Below are positions 46,792 to 56,707 of a stretch of DNA of 64,000 nt, one piece after another. Below the pieces are notes generated by a model, which made no database searches, had not been told where the DNA came from, and worked only from the letters and a program-made list of their open reading frames with translations. The DNA comes from Candidatus Methanomethylicia archaeon (GTDB taxonomy: Archaea > Thermoproteota > Methanomethylicia > Nezhaarchaeales > B40-G2): positions 32,001-96,000 of the forward strand of contig JAPDJI010000001.1 of NCBI GenBank assembly GCA_029259155.1, read 5' to 3'. Numbering within the stretch: the first letter of the stretch is position 1; each line of letters opens with the position of its first letter. Position numbers and translations under genes: made by a program.

Positions 46792-47510
46792 ATATCATGT
46801 GGGGGATAACGGGGGCAGGATGCTTTTTACGGGAGTCTTTTGAGGCGGTGGAGGAATCTAAGAGGAATTTTAACGTAAAGGTGACCATAGCCTTAACTAG
46901 AGCAGGAGAGGAGTTGGTGAGGATTTATGGTCTCGAAGATAGGCTGAAAAACATCTCTCCTGGTAGATACTATGAAGAAGTATTAACCGAGGGCACTGAA
47001 GGGCGAAGCGGATATAGGATAGGTAGATTAGCAGCAGGCCTCTACGACGCGCTCTTTGTTTCCCCTGCGACGGCCAATACTGTGGCTAAAATAGTGATGG
47101 GTATAGCCGACACCTTAGTTACTAATGCTGTGGCTCAAGCTGTAAAAGGAGGGGTACCTGTCCTAATCGTTCCTACCGATCAGAAGGAGCTCATCGAAAC
47201 CCCTCTACCCCACAGAGTTGACCGTGAAGCCTGTGTTGGCTGTTCTCCCTGTCCGGCTGTTGAGGCCTGCCCCTATGGGGCTTTAAAGATGGTGGCGGGA
47301 AAGGCGTGGATCGACCTGGCTACGTGCCACGGTTGCGGAGCCTGTGTTGAGGCTTGTCCCTACTCAGCGGTGAAGGGGGGGGAGAGAGTGATGGTTAGGG
47401 TCAGGAGGGTGGACCTAGAAAACGTTGAGAGATTAAAGCGTATGGAGGGGATCTCTGTACTAAGCTCCCCTTCAGAGCTAAGCTCTATGCTACGAAGACT
47501 TGAAGGCTAG
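46788..47510 (+). CDS. dmrX: Dihydromethanopterin reductase (flavoprotein with two 4Fe-4S clusters)
   Basis: WGITGAG, PATANTVAKIV.GIADTLVTN, VPTD, CVGCSPC..VEACP and CHGCGACVEACP, R.VD.EN. Confidence 0.85.
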   Translation: MNIMWGITGAGCFLRESFEAVEESKRNFNVKVTIALTRAGEELVRIYGLEDRLKNISPGRYYEEVLTEGTEGRSGYRIGRLAAGLYDALFVSPATANTVAKIVMGIADTLVTNAVAQAVKGGVPVLIVPTDQKELIETPLPHRVDREACVGCSPCPAVEACPYGALKMVAGKAWIDLATCHGCGACVEACPYSAVKGGERVMVRVRRVDLENVERLKRMEGISVLSSPSELSSMLRRLEG

Positions 47511-49093
47511 GGGAGGTATGAGATTCCATAAGCCAGCTCCTCAGCGGGATTCACGGTTACAATAGGTTCTATCGGGGCAAACTTTCTACCATATATGGGT
47601 TTAAACGGCTCTACGGCAATCCATCCTAGGTCCTCAACTCCTGAAGCTAAGTTTTCATCCTCGATTAAGACGCTAAACTGATCTATAGACACGTCTTCGA
47701 TCCTTTCTTCTCTTAGAGGTCCTGTATCGGTCATTATCTTAGCCATTACCGCGGGCTGGGTGGTAAAGGAGGACTCGAAGTCTACGTCGAGGCTACTCCC
47801 TACAGCCACATCCTCTTCTATACCTGTCTGGATCAGTAATCCTCCTGTAAACGTGGTATTAGCAATGCCCTCCTCGATGGCTATGTAGCCTACTTCGCCG
47901 TCGGTTACCGTTTCCTCGGCCTCCACATGCATATTCTCGATGCCTGTAGTGGTGACGTCCTCTATCCTGGCGTGGGCGGCACGGGCATATACGTAATCCC
48001 TTCCTTGAAGTTGAGTTAGCGTTACCGGCTTGGAGCTAAAGTAGGAGGAGAAGGTTACATCGGTCGGCGTTTCTTCCAAACCGACCTCGACGTATAGTTC
48101 TCCTATCCTCCACTGCCCTCTTCTGAGAGCTAGCCAACAAACGGTCTCGTAACCATGGGTTTCGTATTCGTATTCTTCGAAACAAGCTTGAAACCCTGCA
48201 AGCGTAACGTTCCAAATTCTAACAACTCCTTCCGAATCAGAGGTCGTGTTTAGACGTGAAGGAGATGCCACCACTACTGGTGGTTCAGAATCTGGATAAG
48301 CGTATAGAAAGCGCGTCTCAGTCCACCTGCTATCTACGCTTAGTAAACCTGCTTCTCCCACTATATCGAAGACATCATTAAAGCTGCTTTCACTAGCTGC
48401 GTCTTTATCTCCATAGAACATATAGATGTCCACTTCACCTCCGCTAGGCAGCGAAGGCACCTTAACCCACACGATACTTGTACCTTGTGTGTTCCAAGAC
48501 TCTATCCAGTAACTAAGCTTACCAGTTGCGTTGGAGTAAAGATAGAACCTTAAATCTCCTCCATTCCACCTGGCCCTGGAATAATTGAAGTTATCGGGAG
48601 TTAGCTGGATTTCAACTTGAAAGTCGTGTAGTTCACCGTTTCCTGGAGGATTTTCTATGGTTATCCTTTTCACGTAGTACCCTTCATATTCTCCTTCAAA
48701 GATCCTCCTCCTTGTAACAACAAAAACTTCTGAGTCTGGGTTTATCTGGGAACCATTAAGAACTAGGACTACAGAGTTGCCTCCTGGGCTTAAGCCTAGA
48801 TCAAGGCTGAAGACCTTATCTCCCACCCAGACGTGGTCGACGACCGTGAAGACTTGTCCTTTATTCACTATCGTGAGCTCCACTGCGGTGGAATTTAAGG
48901 CCTTAAACTTTACTTCGAGGTCTTCACTAAGCCTTTCTGCTTCCTCGTTTAGTGTTTCCCTAACGCTATTGATGTACTTAGCGTACCTATCTTGCATGTA
49001 GAGGAGGGAAGCGAATGCTGCGCCGAAGATCACTATGAATATCATAGCTCCTACGATGGAGCTAAGAGCTCTATGGCTCGACCTCGACCTCAT
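47507..49093 (-). CDS. Class III signal-peptide surface protein with DUF2341 domain and H-type-lectin-like repeats
   Basis: RALSSIVG plus hydrophobic helix; GGDLRFY....KLSYWIESW.....VWVKVP..IYMFYG; three repeats F....P.V........RI..V....F....E. Confidence 0.75.
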   Translation of the reverse strand: MRSRSSHRALSSIVGAMIFIVIFGAAFASLLYMQDRYAKYINSVRETLNEEAERLSEDLEVKFKALNSTAVELTIVNKGQVFTVVDHVWVGDKVFSLDLGLSPGGNSVVLVLNGSQINPDSEVFVVTRRRIFEGEYEGYYVKRITIENPPGNGELHDFQVEIQLTPDNFNYSRARWNGGDLRFYLYSNATGKLSYWIESWNTQGTSIVWVKVPSLPSGGEVDIYMFYGDKDAASESSFNDVFDIVGEAGLLSVDSRWTETRFLYAYPDSEPPVVVASPSRLNTTSDSEGVVRIWNVTLAGFQACFEEYEYETHGYETVCWLALRRGQWRIGELYVEVGLEETPTDVTFSSYFSSKPVTLTQLQGRDYVYARAAHARIEDVTTTGIENMHVEAEETVTDGEVGYIAIEEGIANTTFTGGLLIQTGIEEDVAVGSSLDVDFESSFTTQPAVMAKIMTDTGPLREERIEDVSIDQFSVLIEDENLASGVEDLGWIAVEPFKPIYGRKFAPIEPIVTVNPAEELAYGISYLP

Positions 49094-49508
49094 ACCTAGT
49101 CCCCGTAGACGACACTACTAAGATCCTATAACTCTCCTCTGCCCACTCTGAGTAAGGTACATTAATGCTCCGCCATTCTCCGGACGGTATGTGTTCGTCT
49201 ACTTGGTTTAGGATACCATTTATGAATACTCCTCTAATGTCTGTGTCGATGCCTCCGTAGTTGTATACCACGACGGTTATGGTGTCGTTATGAGTGTTGA
49301 GAAATACCTTAGTTATAATGAACTTCTCTAGAAGCTCTCTTTCATGACTCTGAATAAGTCTATCCATAGCTCCGGACATGGTCTGAAACTGAGTAGTACT
49401 ATACATATACACTGATAGGCCGACTGAGAGAACGACCACAGCCATTAGGAGGTTCGTTATTATATCGCTAACTCCTCGTCTCCTTGTTATAAACGCCATG
49501 TCCAACAC
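49071..49508 (-). CDS. Archaeal type IV pilin-like protein
   Basis: RRGVSDII plus hydrophobic helix; E.F.I, VYNYG..D..I..VFING. Confidence 0.8.
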   Translation of the reverse strand: MLDMAFITRRRGVSDIITNLLMAVVVLSVGLSVYMYSTTQFQTMSGAMDRLIQSHERELLEKFIITKVFLNTHNDTITVVVYNYGGIDTDIRGVFINGILNQVDEHIPSGEWRSINVPYSEWAEESYRILVVSSTGTRYEVEVEP

Positions 49509-49584
49509 GTCTCATAAAACAAGTTTTTTATAGCTCGGTAAAAACCTTTACTTCCAGTAATATAACTGGAGGCCTCAGTCAATC

Positions 49585-52500
49585 TTGCGGTCTAGGCCAA
49601 TTAGAGCAAGGAGGGGTATCTCTCCTATCATCGCAACCGTTCTTCTCATAACTATCGGCGTAGCAGCGGCAGCAGCTGTCTATACTTGGGCTCCTACAAC
49701 CCTTTCTCCCTTAACGAGGCCTGAAGCGGCTGAGGAGTACCTTGAGAGGATCTCGATTGTCGAAGTGATCGTTAGCGAAAGTAACTTTACTGTGTTTTTC
49801 ATGAATATAGGTGACATACCTGTTGAAGTGAATGCTATCTATGTTATTGACCCTGAGACGGATGTTCCCATGAAGGCCTACACCTTCAACCCTGTCGAAG
49901 CTCTCCCTGGCTATCTTGTGAACATAACGCTTCCTCTCCAAGAGGAAGACTCAGCTTTCATCAACTCGGAAAGAACTGTAACCTTTAAGCTCACAACTAC
50001 CTTGGGAACGGCCGCAACGCGTACTTTGACACCCATGTACAGCGAGCTTATAACATATCCTTACATTGTTTACCCTTCTTCGTACAATTTAATCCATGGC
50101 ACATATGTAGGTGGCACGCTGCCCGATAGTGTCAGGTGGATCGACGGTAACTACTTCTCAATAGCCTCGGAGCCTACTTCGACCGACACTGTTACTTCTC
50201 ACCCTTCAAGTTATGCTCTTCTAAATGAAACTTCCCTAATAGGAGGAGATGTCGAAGACCTTTCCGCTAACGACGCTGAATACATGGTGTTTGAGAGTTA
50301 CAGGGAAATCTCTGAAGTAGATTACCATCCTTCAAGCTATGAAACCCTTGGAGGCACCTCTCATGTAGCGGGAGGAGTTGAAAATTTGGTAGATAGCGAT
50401 GATGACTATATGGTGTTCGAGAGTTATCCTTCCATGTACTCGGTAAGAGCCTTTACGGCTTATCGAAGTGATACAGGCAGTGGTAGCGATTACCCTAAAG
50501 TTAGGTGGTGGAATGGTACAGGGTGGGAAGCGGAAGAGGAGCTAATTAGTGCCGGGACCATCTATTGGGTGCGTGTAGCGTCTAACCCTAGTGAAGACGA
50601 GAAAATCGTCGCCGCTATGACGTGGTCTGCTCCCACTTCATCCTTATACGCCTATGTTTGGAATGGTACAAATTGGCAATCCACTTTGATAGCTCAAGGC
50701 TTGGAAGGAAGCACTTACCGGACAAGGTGCTTCGATGTAGCCTATGAACAATCTAGCGGAGAAGCGTTGATAGTCTATGCTAAATTATCCTCTTACTCCA
50801 GCCAAGACTTTGCCGACCGCATCTGGAATGGTAATAGCTGGAGCGAAGAAAACTGGGTGGACGATCCCGATATAACGATCACACGTAAAATATACTGGAT
50901 GCATCTTGCCTCTAAGCTTGGAAGCAATGAAATAGGATTAATCTACGTCTACTATGACCAAGCTTCTCATGAAAGCTATGTGAGGGCATGTATTTGGAAT
51001 GGTAGTGCATGGGGGAACTGGCAGACAATTTCTGGTAGTGGCGGGATATCTTATAACCCGTTAACAGAGATCTGTGGACTAGCTTATGAGTCACAGTCAA
51101 AGGACCTCGTAGCTGCCTCAATATACTACCAGAGCCAGTATCAAATAATTACTTATGAATGGACAGGCTCTTCTTGGGTATATAGGGGCGTTCACGACCC
51201 AAACCCAAACGCTGATGGTGACATACGATGGATCATGTTGAAGCCTGACCCCTCATCCGACAGGGTGATGTTAATGTGCTCTGATAGCTCATCAGATCTC
51301 TCAACTTCGCTGTGGACGGGGACCTCATGGTCTACGGGCGACAATATTAGGCACGATACACAGATAGAAACATATAGTAGGAGATGCTTTGATGGAGACT
51401 GGGAGCCTAGTGATAGCCGCTTCCTACTTGTTTAGGGGCATAGCAAGTACGACGGGTTCTACTATAAGGTATGGACGACCTCAGGTTGGAGTAGCCTCAA
51501 TACCTACAAACCTTCAGGAGTAACAGACCTACAATGGGTCAGGGCAGAGGGTTGTCCGTTGAGTGAAGGAGACGTAAGGGTTATGGTTGAGGTGATGGAT
51601 GACAGACACGACATAACCGCAGCGACCTGGAATGGCTCACAGTTCACATCCGTAGAAGAGTTGACTGCGTCGTCGCTACGAGATTATGAGTGTTTCGACT
51701 TGTGTTTCGAAGCCTTTAATTCACCTATAAAACAAACTGTTGAACTTGAGTTTACAGGAAGTAGCGACTCAGAGTTATGGTCATCACTGAGTTGGGGTGT
51801 TGAGATAGGATTGAATATAGACTATGCTAATGTGCAGCTTCAACTTTACGATTACGACAGTGAGAGCTATCCCTCTTCAGGCGACGGTTTCCAGGAGTTT
51901 ACTGCTTATAGTGATGACACGGAGCACTTTCAGGACGTTTTAAGTAACTTTGATCGTTTTAGGGCTGACGATGGTTCATGGAAGATGAAGGTGAAGGTTA
52001 CTAAGTTCAGCAGAAGTTCCTTCAGAGTTAGGCTTGACTTAGTCTCGTATAATAGATGTTACGATGTGTATAAGGCTGAAGTGGAGTTTACAGGATCAGT
52101 AGATGTAGCTGACTATGAGTGGGTGAACATTACATGGAAGCTCGATCTCTCCTTTAACGTCTCAGGTGTTACCACGACTTTACGACTTTATAACTACGAG
52201 GACGGGACTTACGCCTCCTCCGGGGACGGCTTTGATTCATTTACCGCTAGCTCAGCGGGAGTTGATTATACACGCGTAAATAATGTCACAACAGATCCTG
52301 AAAGATTTAGGTCAAACGTTGGTGGATGGAAGGTTAAAGTTAGTGCCTCGATCCTTAATACCCCATCTCAAACCTACCCCTTCACCATGAATATTGACCT
52401 TGTTGAGTACGAACCTAGCTACTACTCTGAGCAAGGCCTTGACGTAAGCTTTAACTTCACCGACGTAAATCCACCCTACGATCCTGAAAACTATAAGTTT

Positions 52501-52743
52501 ACGGTGACCCTCAGTAGTACACGTAGCATTGAGTTATCTTTCTACTTCTGGAATTATACTGAGGGTGGTTGGAGCCTTCTAGGCAGTTATGTTTGGGATG
52601 GATCAGGAAGTATTAGCTTCACCGTAAACGCCACGCAGTGTGTAGAAGGAGGAATAGCAAAGCTCAGGATAGTTGGCTCAAGGAGTGGCTCAAATTTTCA
52701 GCTAAACATCGATAGGCTTAGATTACTAGCTTTACAAAGCTAA
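49585..52743 (+). pseudogene. Large pilin-anchored adhesin-like protein (1052 aa if read through), interrupted by one in-frame TAG at 51433-51435
   Basis: RRGISPII class III signal peptide. ORFs 49585-51435 and 51559-52743 are in the same frame with no other stop (FLLV*GHSKYDGFYYKVWTTSGWS...). Could be a pseudogene, a recoded gene or a sequencing error. Confidence 0.7.
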
Positions 52744-52985
52744 CTTTTCTTCTTTATGACTTCTTTGCTGCCTAGAGCTTACATATGATCGTGGCCTTCT
52801 TGGTTAGGGTGTCAGTTGAGCATTGCTGGCTTGTTTTTCGATGATTACCAATAGGGTTGCAGCTATGACTATCGCTACTAGGGCTAGGTGTTCTATGAGC
52901 ATGGTGAGATGGGTACTGGTAGCCTCGACGTGGTGAGTAAGCCGCAGGTTAGGGGGGTGATGGAAGCGTTACGTGGATCGCTCTC

Positions 52986-54026
52986 TCAGCTAGCTAGGGG
53001 TGGAACAGCAGCCCATAAAAGAACCCTAAGCTCCTCCACGTCCCCCTCTACTTGATTGAGGGCCTCTTCAGCCTCCTTCATGAACTCCCTCAAGATATGG
53101 AGGGTCCTATCTATTCCTCCGCTTTTCTCAGCAAGCTCTAATATCATTTCAAGCTCTTCTAAGGTCAACTCCTTCTTGGTCAATAAATCGTATAACTTTT
53201 TTCCATGTCTCTTAGACTTAAGCGTATAGTAGAGTGGTAGTGGAAGGCTTTCGTGCTTGACCCTTGATTTCAACTCAACTTTGTAGTTTATGAGGTCTTC
53301 TAGGTCATCGCGTAATATAGCTATCGCGCCGAGTTTTCTACCGAATGTTCCAAGGGCGTCTACCTGCTTGTCGCTACCTCCTCCTATTAAGGCCCCCACT
53401 CTTGCGTAGGCTTCCACGTCCGCCGCTTTCATCTCAACGACCTTCAAGTAGGCTTCCGGCGTAACCTTTAGGTTACCAATGAACCTTAGCTCACAAGCTT
53501 CAGCATTTCCCAGCTCGAAAATTAAATCTAAGACCTTCTCGACCTCAGCTTCAGGTATTTTCAGCTCTCTTAGAGCAGAGGCCAGCATCCATAACCCCTT
53601 AATTAAAAGGGCATCTCCTAAGAGAAGAGTTACGTTCACCCCGTATCGTCCAAGAATCGTTCTACGACCTCTAGCCCCCTTTATGTAAGACCTATCAATG
53701 ATATCGTCGTGTAGGTCGAAAGCCCCACTAATTAGTATAAGTGGCGCGGCCACTGAAGCGACATTTTCTCTTCTTCCCCCTATAGCTTTACACGACAGCG
53801 AGATTATCGCAGGCCTTGTGTAATCTCTCCACTTCTTGATAAAATCCATTAACGCTCTCCTAACCTCGGCAGACTCTATCTTCCAGCTTCTTGCAACTCT
53901 TCCAGCTTCCTCAAGTGCTCTTCCACCCTCCTCCATAACAATGGAGCGTGCTCTCTCTACGATCTCATTAAACCCTCTCAACTGACATCGCCATAAGACA
54001 TAATCCCTGCGAGTAAAATATATCAT
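52986..54026 (-). CDS. Polyprenyl diphosphate synthase family protein
   Basis: RP..I, LHDDIID (first Asp-rich motif), LLGD.L, MKAA, LRDDLED (second motif). True start may be TTG 53981. Confidence 0.85.
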   Translation of the reverse strand: MIYFTRRDYVLWRCQLRGFNEIVERARSIVMEEGGRALEEAGRVARSWKIESAEVRRALMDFIKKWRDYTRPAIISLSCKAIGGRRENVASVAAPLILISGAFDLHDDIIDRSYIKGARGRRTILGRYGVNVTLLLGDALLIKGLWMLASALRELKIPEAEVEKVLDLIFELGNAEACELRFIGNLKVTPEAYLKVVEMKAADVEAYARVGALIGGGSDKQVDALGTFGRKLGAIAILRDDLEDLINYKVELKSRVKHESLPLPLYYTLKSKRHGKKLYDLLTKKELTLEELEMILELAEKSGGIDRTLHILREFMKEAEEALNQVEGDVEELRVLLWAAVPPLAS

Positions 54027-54072
54027 ATGGAGGAGTAAAGGTTACAAGCTCTGAAAAAGGAGGTTTAAACAG

Positions 54073-55050
54073 TTGGCTGCTATACCCCCTGATGCCTCCA
54101 TCGCCGTTCTAAAGTCTCTAAGCCAAGAGGAGATTAATTTTCTCCTCGCGGCGGTGGAGGAAGAGGGGGGTACACTTAGACCTCACTTTGACTTTACTAA
54201 AGACCTTCACTTTCCACAAATTGAAGGGAAGATGGTAAGTGAGCTTAAACACGTTATTGAGAACTTGATAGCTAAAGGGCTCATAGACCAAAAGCTGTCG
54301 GATAGGTTGATAGCTTGTCCAGAATGTGGTTCTCACTTAATACTCACATACTATACTTGCCCGTTCTGTGGTAGCCGAAACGTGCTAAAGGAAAATCTAC
54401 ACGAACATTTCATCTGTGGAGCTATAAGTAGGGAGAGTACAGTTAAACAAGGCGATAAGCTGGTTTGCCCTGTATGTAAGAGGGAATTTAAGGCGTTAGG
54501 CAAGGATTACTCCATCGTAGGCGCCTGGTTTGAATGTGAGGACTGCAAAAAGACCTTTGAAGCTCCTGTAATAATGCATAAATGCTTGAATTGCGGCCTA
54601 GAGTTTGATGTAAGAGGAGCTAGATATGACCACGTGGTTGCCTATTCTCCTACACCTCTTGGATTAGAGGTTGCCAATAGGCTGAAGTTGATGAAGGCTA
54701 TAAGCGAGGTCGGGGCTTCATCGGGCTTTGAGGTAGAGTGGTTTGGAACCATGAAGGGTGTATCGGGCATAATCCATGAATTTTCGCTTCTAATGAAGAA
54801 ACAAGACCTCACCATAGCCGTGGATATAGCCTCTAACGGCAATCGAGGTCTAATTGGGCTTACTGCTACGTTAGCCAAAGTATACGACACGCCCACGGTT
54901 AAACCTGTCGTAGCGATTATCCCTAAAGCTCCTGCTGAGACTGCAGCACTAGCTGCCAGGTATAATATAGTGGTTGTGGAGGGGGACACCGCTGAGGTCA
55001 TTAAGGAGCGCTTCGCTGATGTATTGAAGAGGTGGACAGGTAGCTCTTAA
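54073..55050 (+). CDS. Multi-zinc-ribbon protein (TackOD1-like) with a C-terminal nuclease-like fold
   Basis: CPECGS...CPFCGS..EHFICG...CPVC....GKDY...CEDC..F..P...CLNCG..F; C-terminal GVSGIIHEFSL...AVDI. Confidence 0.7.
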   Translation: MAAIPPDASIAVLKSLSQEEINFLLAAVEEEGGTLRPHFDFTKDLHFPQIEGKMVSELKHVIENLIAKGLIDQKLSDRLIACPECGSHLILTYYTCPFCGSRNVLKENLHEHFICGAISRESTVKQGDKLVCPVCKREFKALGKDYSIVGAWFECEDCKKTFEAPVIMHKCLNCGLEFDVRGARYDHVVAYSPTPLGLEVANRLKLMKAISEVGASSGFEVEWFGTMKGVSGIIHEFSLLMKKQDLTIAVDIASNGNRGLIGLTATLAKVYDTPTVKPVVAIIPKAPAETAALAARYNIVVVEGDTAEVIKERFADVLKRWTGSS

Positions 55051-55103
55051 CCGCATAAACGCATATATCCTGCTTGAAGTCCTCCTATAGGACGGTGGTG
55101 TGC

Positions 55104-56093
55104 ATGGTAAAGTTCGGGATAGAGCTAGTTCCTGACAGGCCTGTGAGCAAAGTAGTGGAGTTGGCTGTTGCAGCTGAAGAGAAGGGCTTAGACTACGTAT
55201 GGGTCACTGACCACTACAATAACCGCAATGTCTACATAACGTTAACCTTGATGGCAACGTCCACCAAGAAGATAATGCTCGGGACAGGTGTAACTAACCC
55301 CTACGTCATCCACCCTGTGTGGACCGCATCTGCCATAGCAACTCTCGATGAGATAAGCGGAGGACGAGCAATACTAGGGATTGGTGCGGGTGATAGAGCT
55401 ACCTTAGAGGGCGTAGGCATAAAATGGGAAAAACCTTTGACCTCGGTTAAGGAAGCCGTAGAGATTATGAGGAAGCTACTTGCTGGCGAGAAGATTAAGT
55501 TAGAGGGTGAAGCTTTCATGGTGGCTAAAGCTAGATTAAACTATAAACCTTCGAGAGTCCCGCCCATTTACGTAGGAGCTCAAGGACCTAAGATGCTAGA
55601 GGTGGCTGGCATGGTGGGCGACGGCGTCCTCATCAACGCTTCGAATCCCAAAGACTTTGAGGATGCTGTCAAATATATTAAGGCAGGGGCGGAGAAGGCT
55701 GGGAAGGACCCCTCAAAGATAGACGTAGTAGCTTATACCTGCTTCTCCGTTGATGAGGACTCTGCAGCAGCCAAGGAAGCGGCCAAGCCTATAGTGGCTT
55801 TCATAGTGGCTGGCTCACCTAGTCAAGTACTTTCCAAATACGGAATAACTGATGAAGCCGCTAATAAGGTGAGGGAAGCTATAGGGAAAGGAGATATTAA
55901 GGGAGCTATTGGCCTCGTGGACGATACCATGCTAAACGCCTTCTCGATCGCTGGTACCCCCAGTGAAGTTACCTCCAAGATAAATGAACTACTAAAGGCT
56001 GGCGTAACTCAAGTGGTCATGGGCTCTCCTCTCGGACCCAAGAAAAAGGCCGCCATAGACTTAATGAGCGGGATAGCCAGCAAATTCAAATAA
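55104..56093 (+). CDS. mer: F420-dependent 5,10-methylenetetrahydromethanopterin reductase
   Basis: KFGIELVP, WVTDHYNNRNVY, GVTNPY, SGGRAILGIGAGD, GAQGPKML, DGVLINASNPKDF, GSPLGP. Confidence 0.92.
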   Translation: MVKFGIELVPDRPVSKVVELAVAAEEKGLDYVWVTDHYNNRNVYITLTLMATSTKKIMLGTGVTNPYVIHPVWTASAIATLDEISGGRAILGIGAGDRATLEGVGIKWEKPLTSVKEAVEIMRKLLAGEKIKLEGEAFMVAKARLNYKPSRVPPIYVGAQGPKMLEVAGMVGDGVLINASNPKDFEDAVKYIKAGAEKAGKDPSKIDVVAYTCFSVDEDSAAAKEAAKPIVAFIVAGSPSQVLSKYGITDEAANKVREAIGKGDIKGAIGLVDDTMLNAFSIAGTPSEVTSKINELLKAGVTQVVMGSPLGPKKKAAIDLMSGIASKFK

Positions 56094-56125
56094 TCGCGTC
56101 CTTTTTTTGTTGATGGTGGCCCTTT

Positions 56126-56656
56126 TTGGGCCTACCAAGCAAGCTTAAGGCTGGCGCATTCACGGTTATAGCGGTAGTAGTTCTCGTAGTCCTAGCTACG
56201 ACTTTATCGAACTTTATATCTTCGCCCTGGTACGTTGTAGAATCAAGGAGCATGGAACCAGTTCTCCACGTAGGCGACCTTGTAATGGCGGTTCCTGTTA
56301 GTCCTGAAGAAATCAGTGCTGGGCCTCAAGGAGACATTATTATCTACCAGCCTCCGGTAGGTAAACCCATCATTCACCGGGTTATCGATAAAGCATACAT
56401 AGATGGAACATGGTTTTTCTTAACTAAGGGGGATAACAACCTCTTTCCTGATCAAGATCCTTACAACCCATATACCTGGGTCAGTGAGGATCACGTGATA
56501 GCTAAAATGCTGTTCTCGATCCCCCTAGTAGGTTTCCCTTTCCTAGAATCTGTGAAGCCCTTCACAGAAACCGTACTGATAGTGGCGTTGGCTTACTTGA
56601 TTTTTACCTCGTTATCTCCTTCGAGGAGCAGGAGCGCTAAGAAGAGTAGAAGATGA
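56126..56656 (+). CDS. sec11: Signal peptidase I (Sec11 type)
   Basis: VVESRSMEP...GDLV, GDIIIY, PIIHRV, TKGDNN..PD, IP.VG. Confidence 0.9.
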   Translation: MGLPSKLKAGAFTVIAVVVLVVLATTLSNFISSPWYVVESRSMEPVLHVGDLVMAVPVSPEEISAGPQGDIIIYQPPVGKPIIHRVIDKAYIDGTWFFLTKGDNNLFPDQDPYNPYTWVSEDHVIAKMLFSIPLVGFPFLESVKPFTETVLIVALAYLIFTSLSPSRSRSAKKSRR

Positions 56657-56707
56657 AAAATTTATTAAAGGAGATGATCATTCATCCACTTAAGAGGGCT
56701 GGATGAA

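Noticed and set aside
51420-51460. BHB intron removing the amber codon (also tested at the coaBC/pok junction and the TRASH UGA)
   Set aside because: No 4-bp helix flanked by two 3-nt bulges could be drawn at any of these sites.
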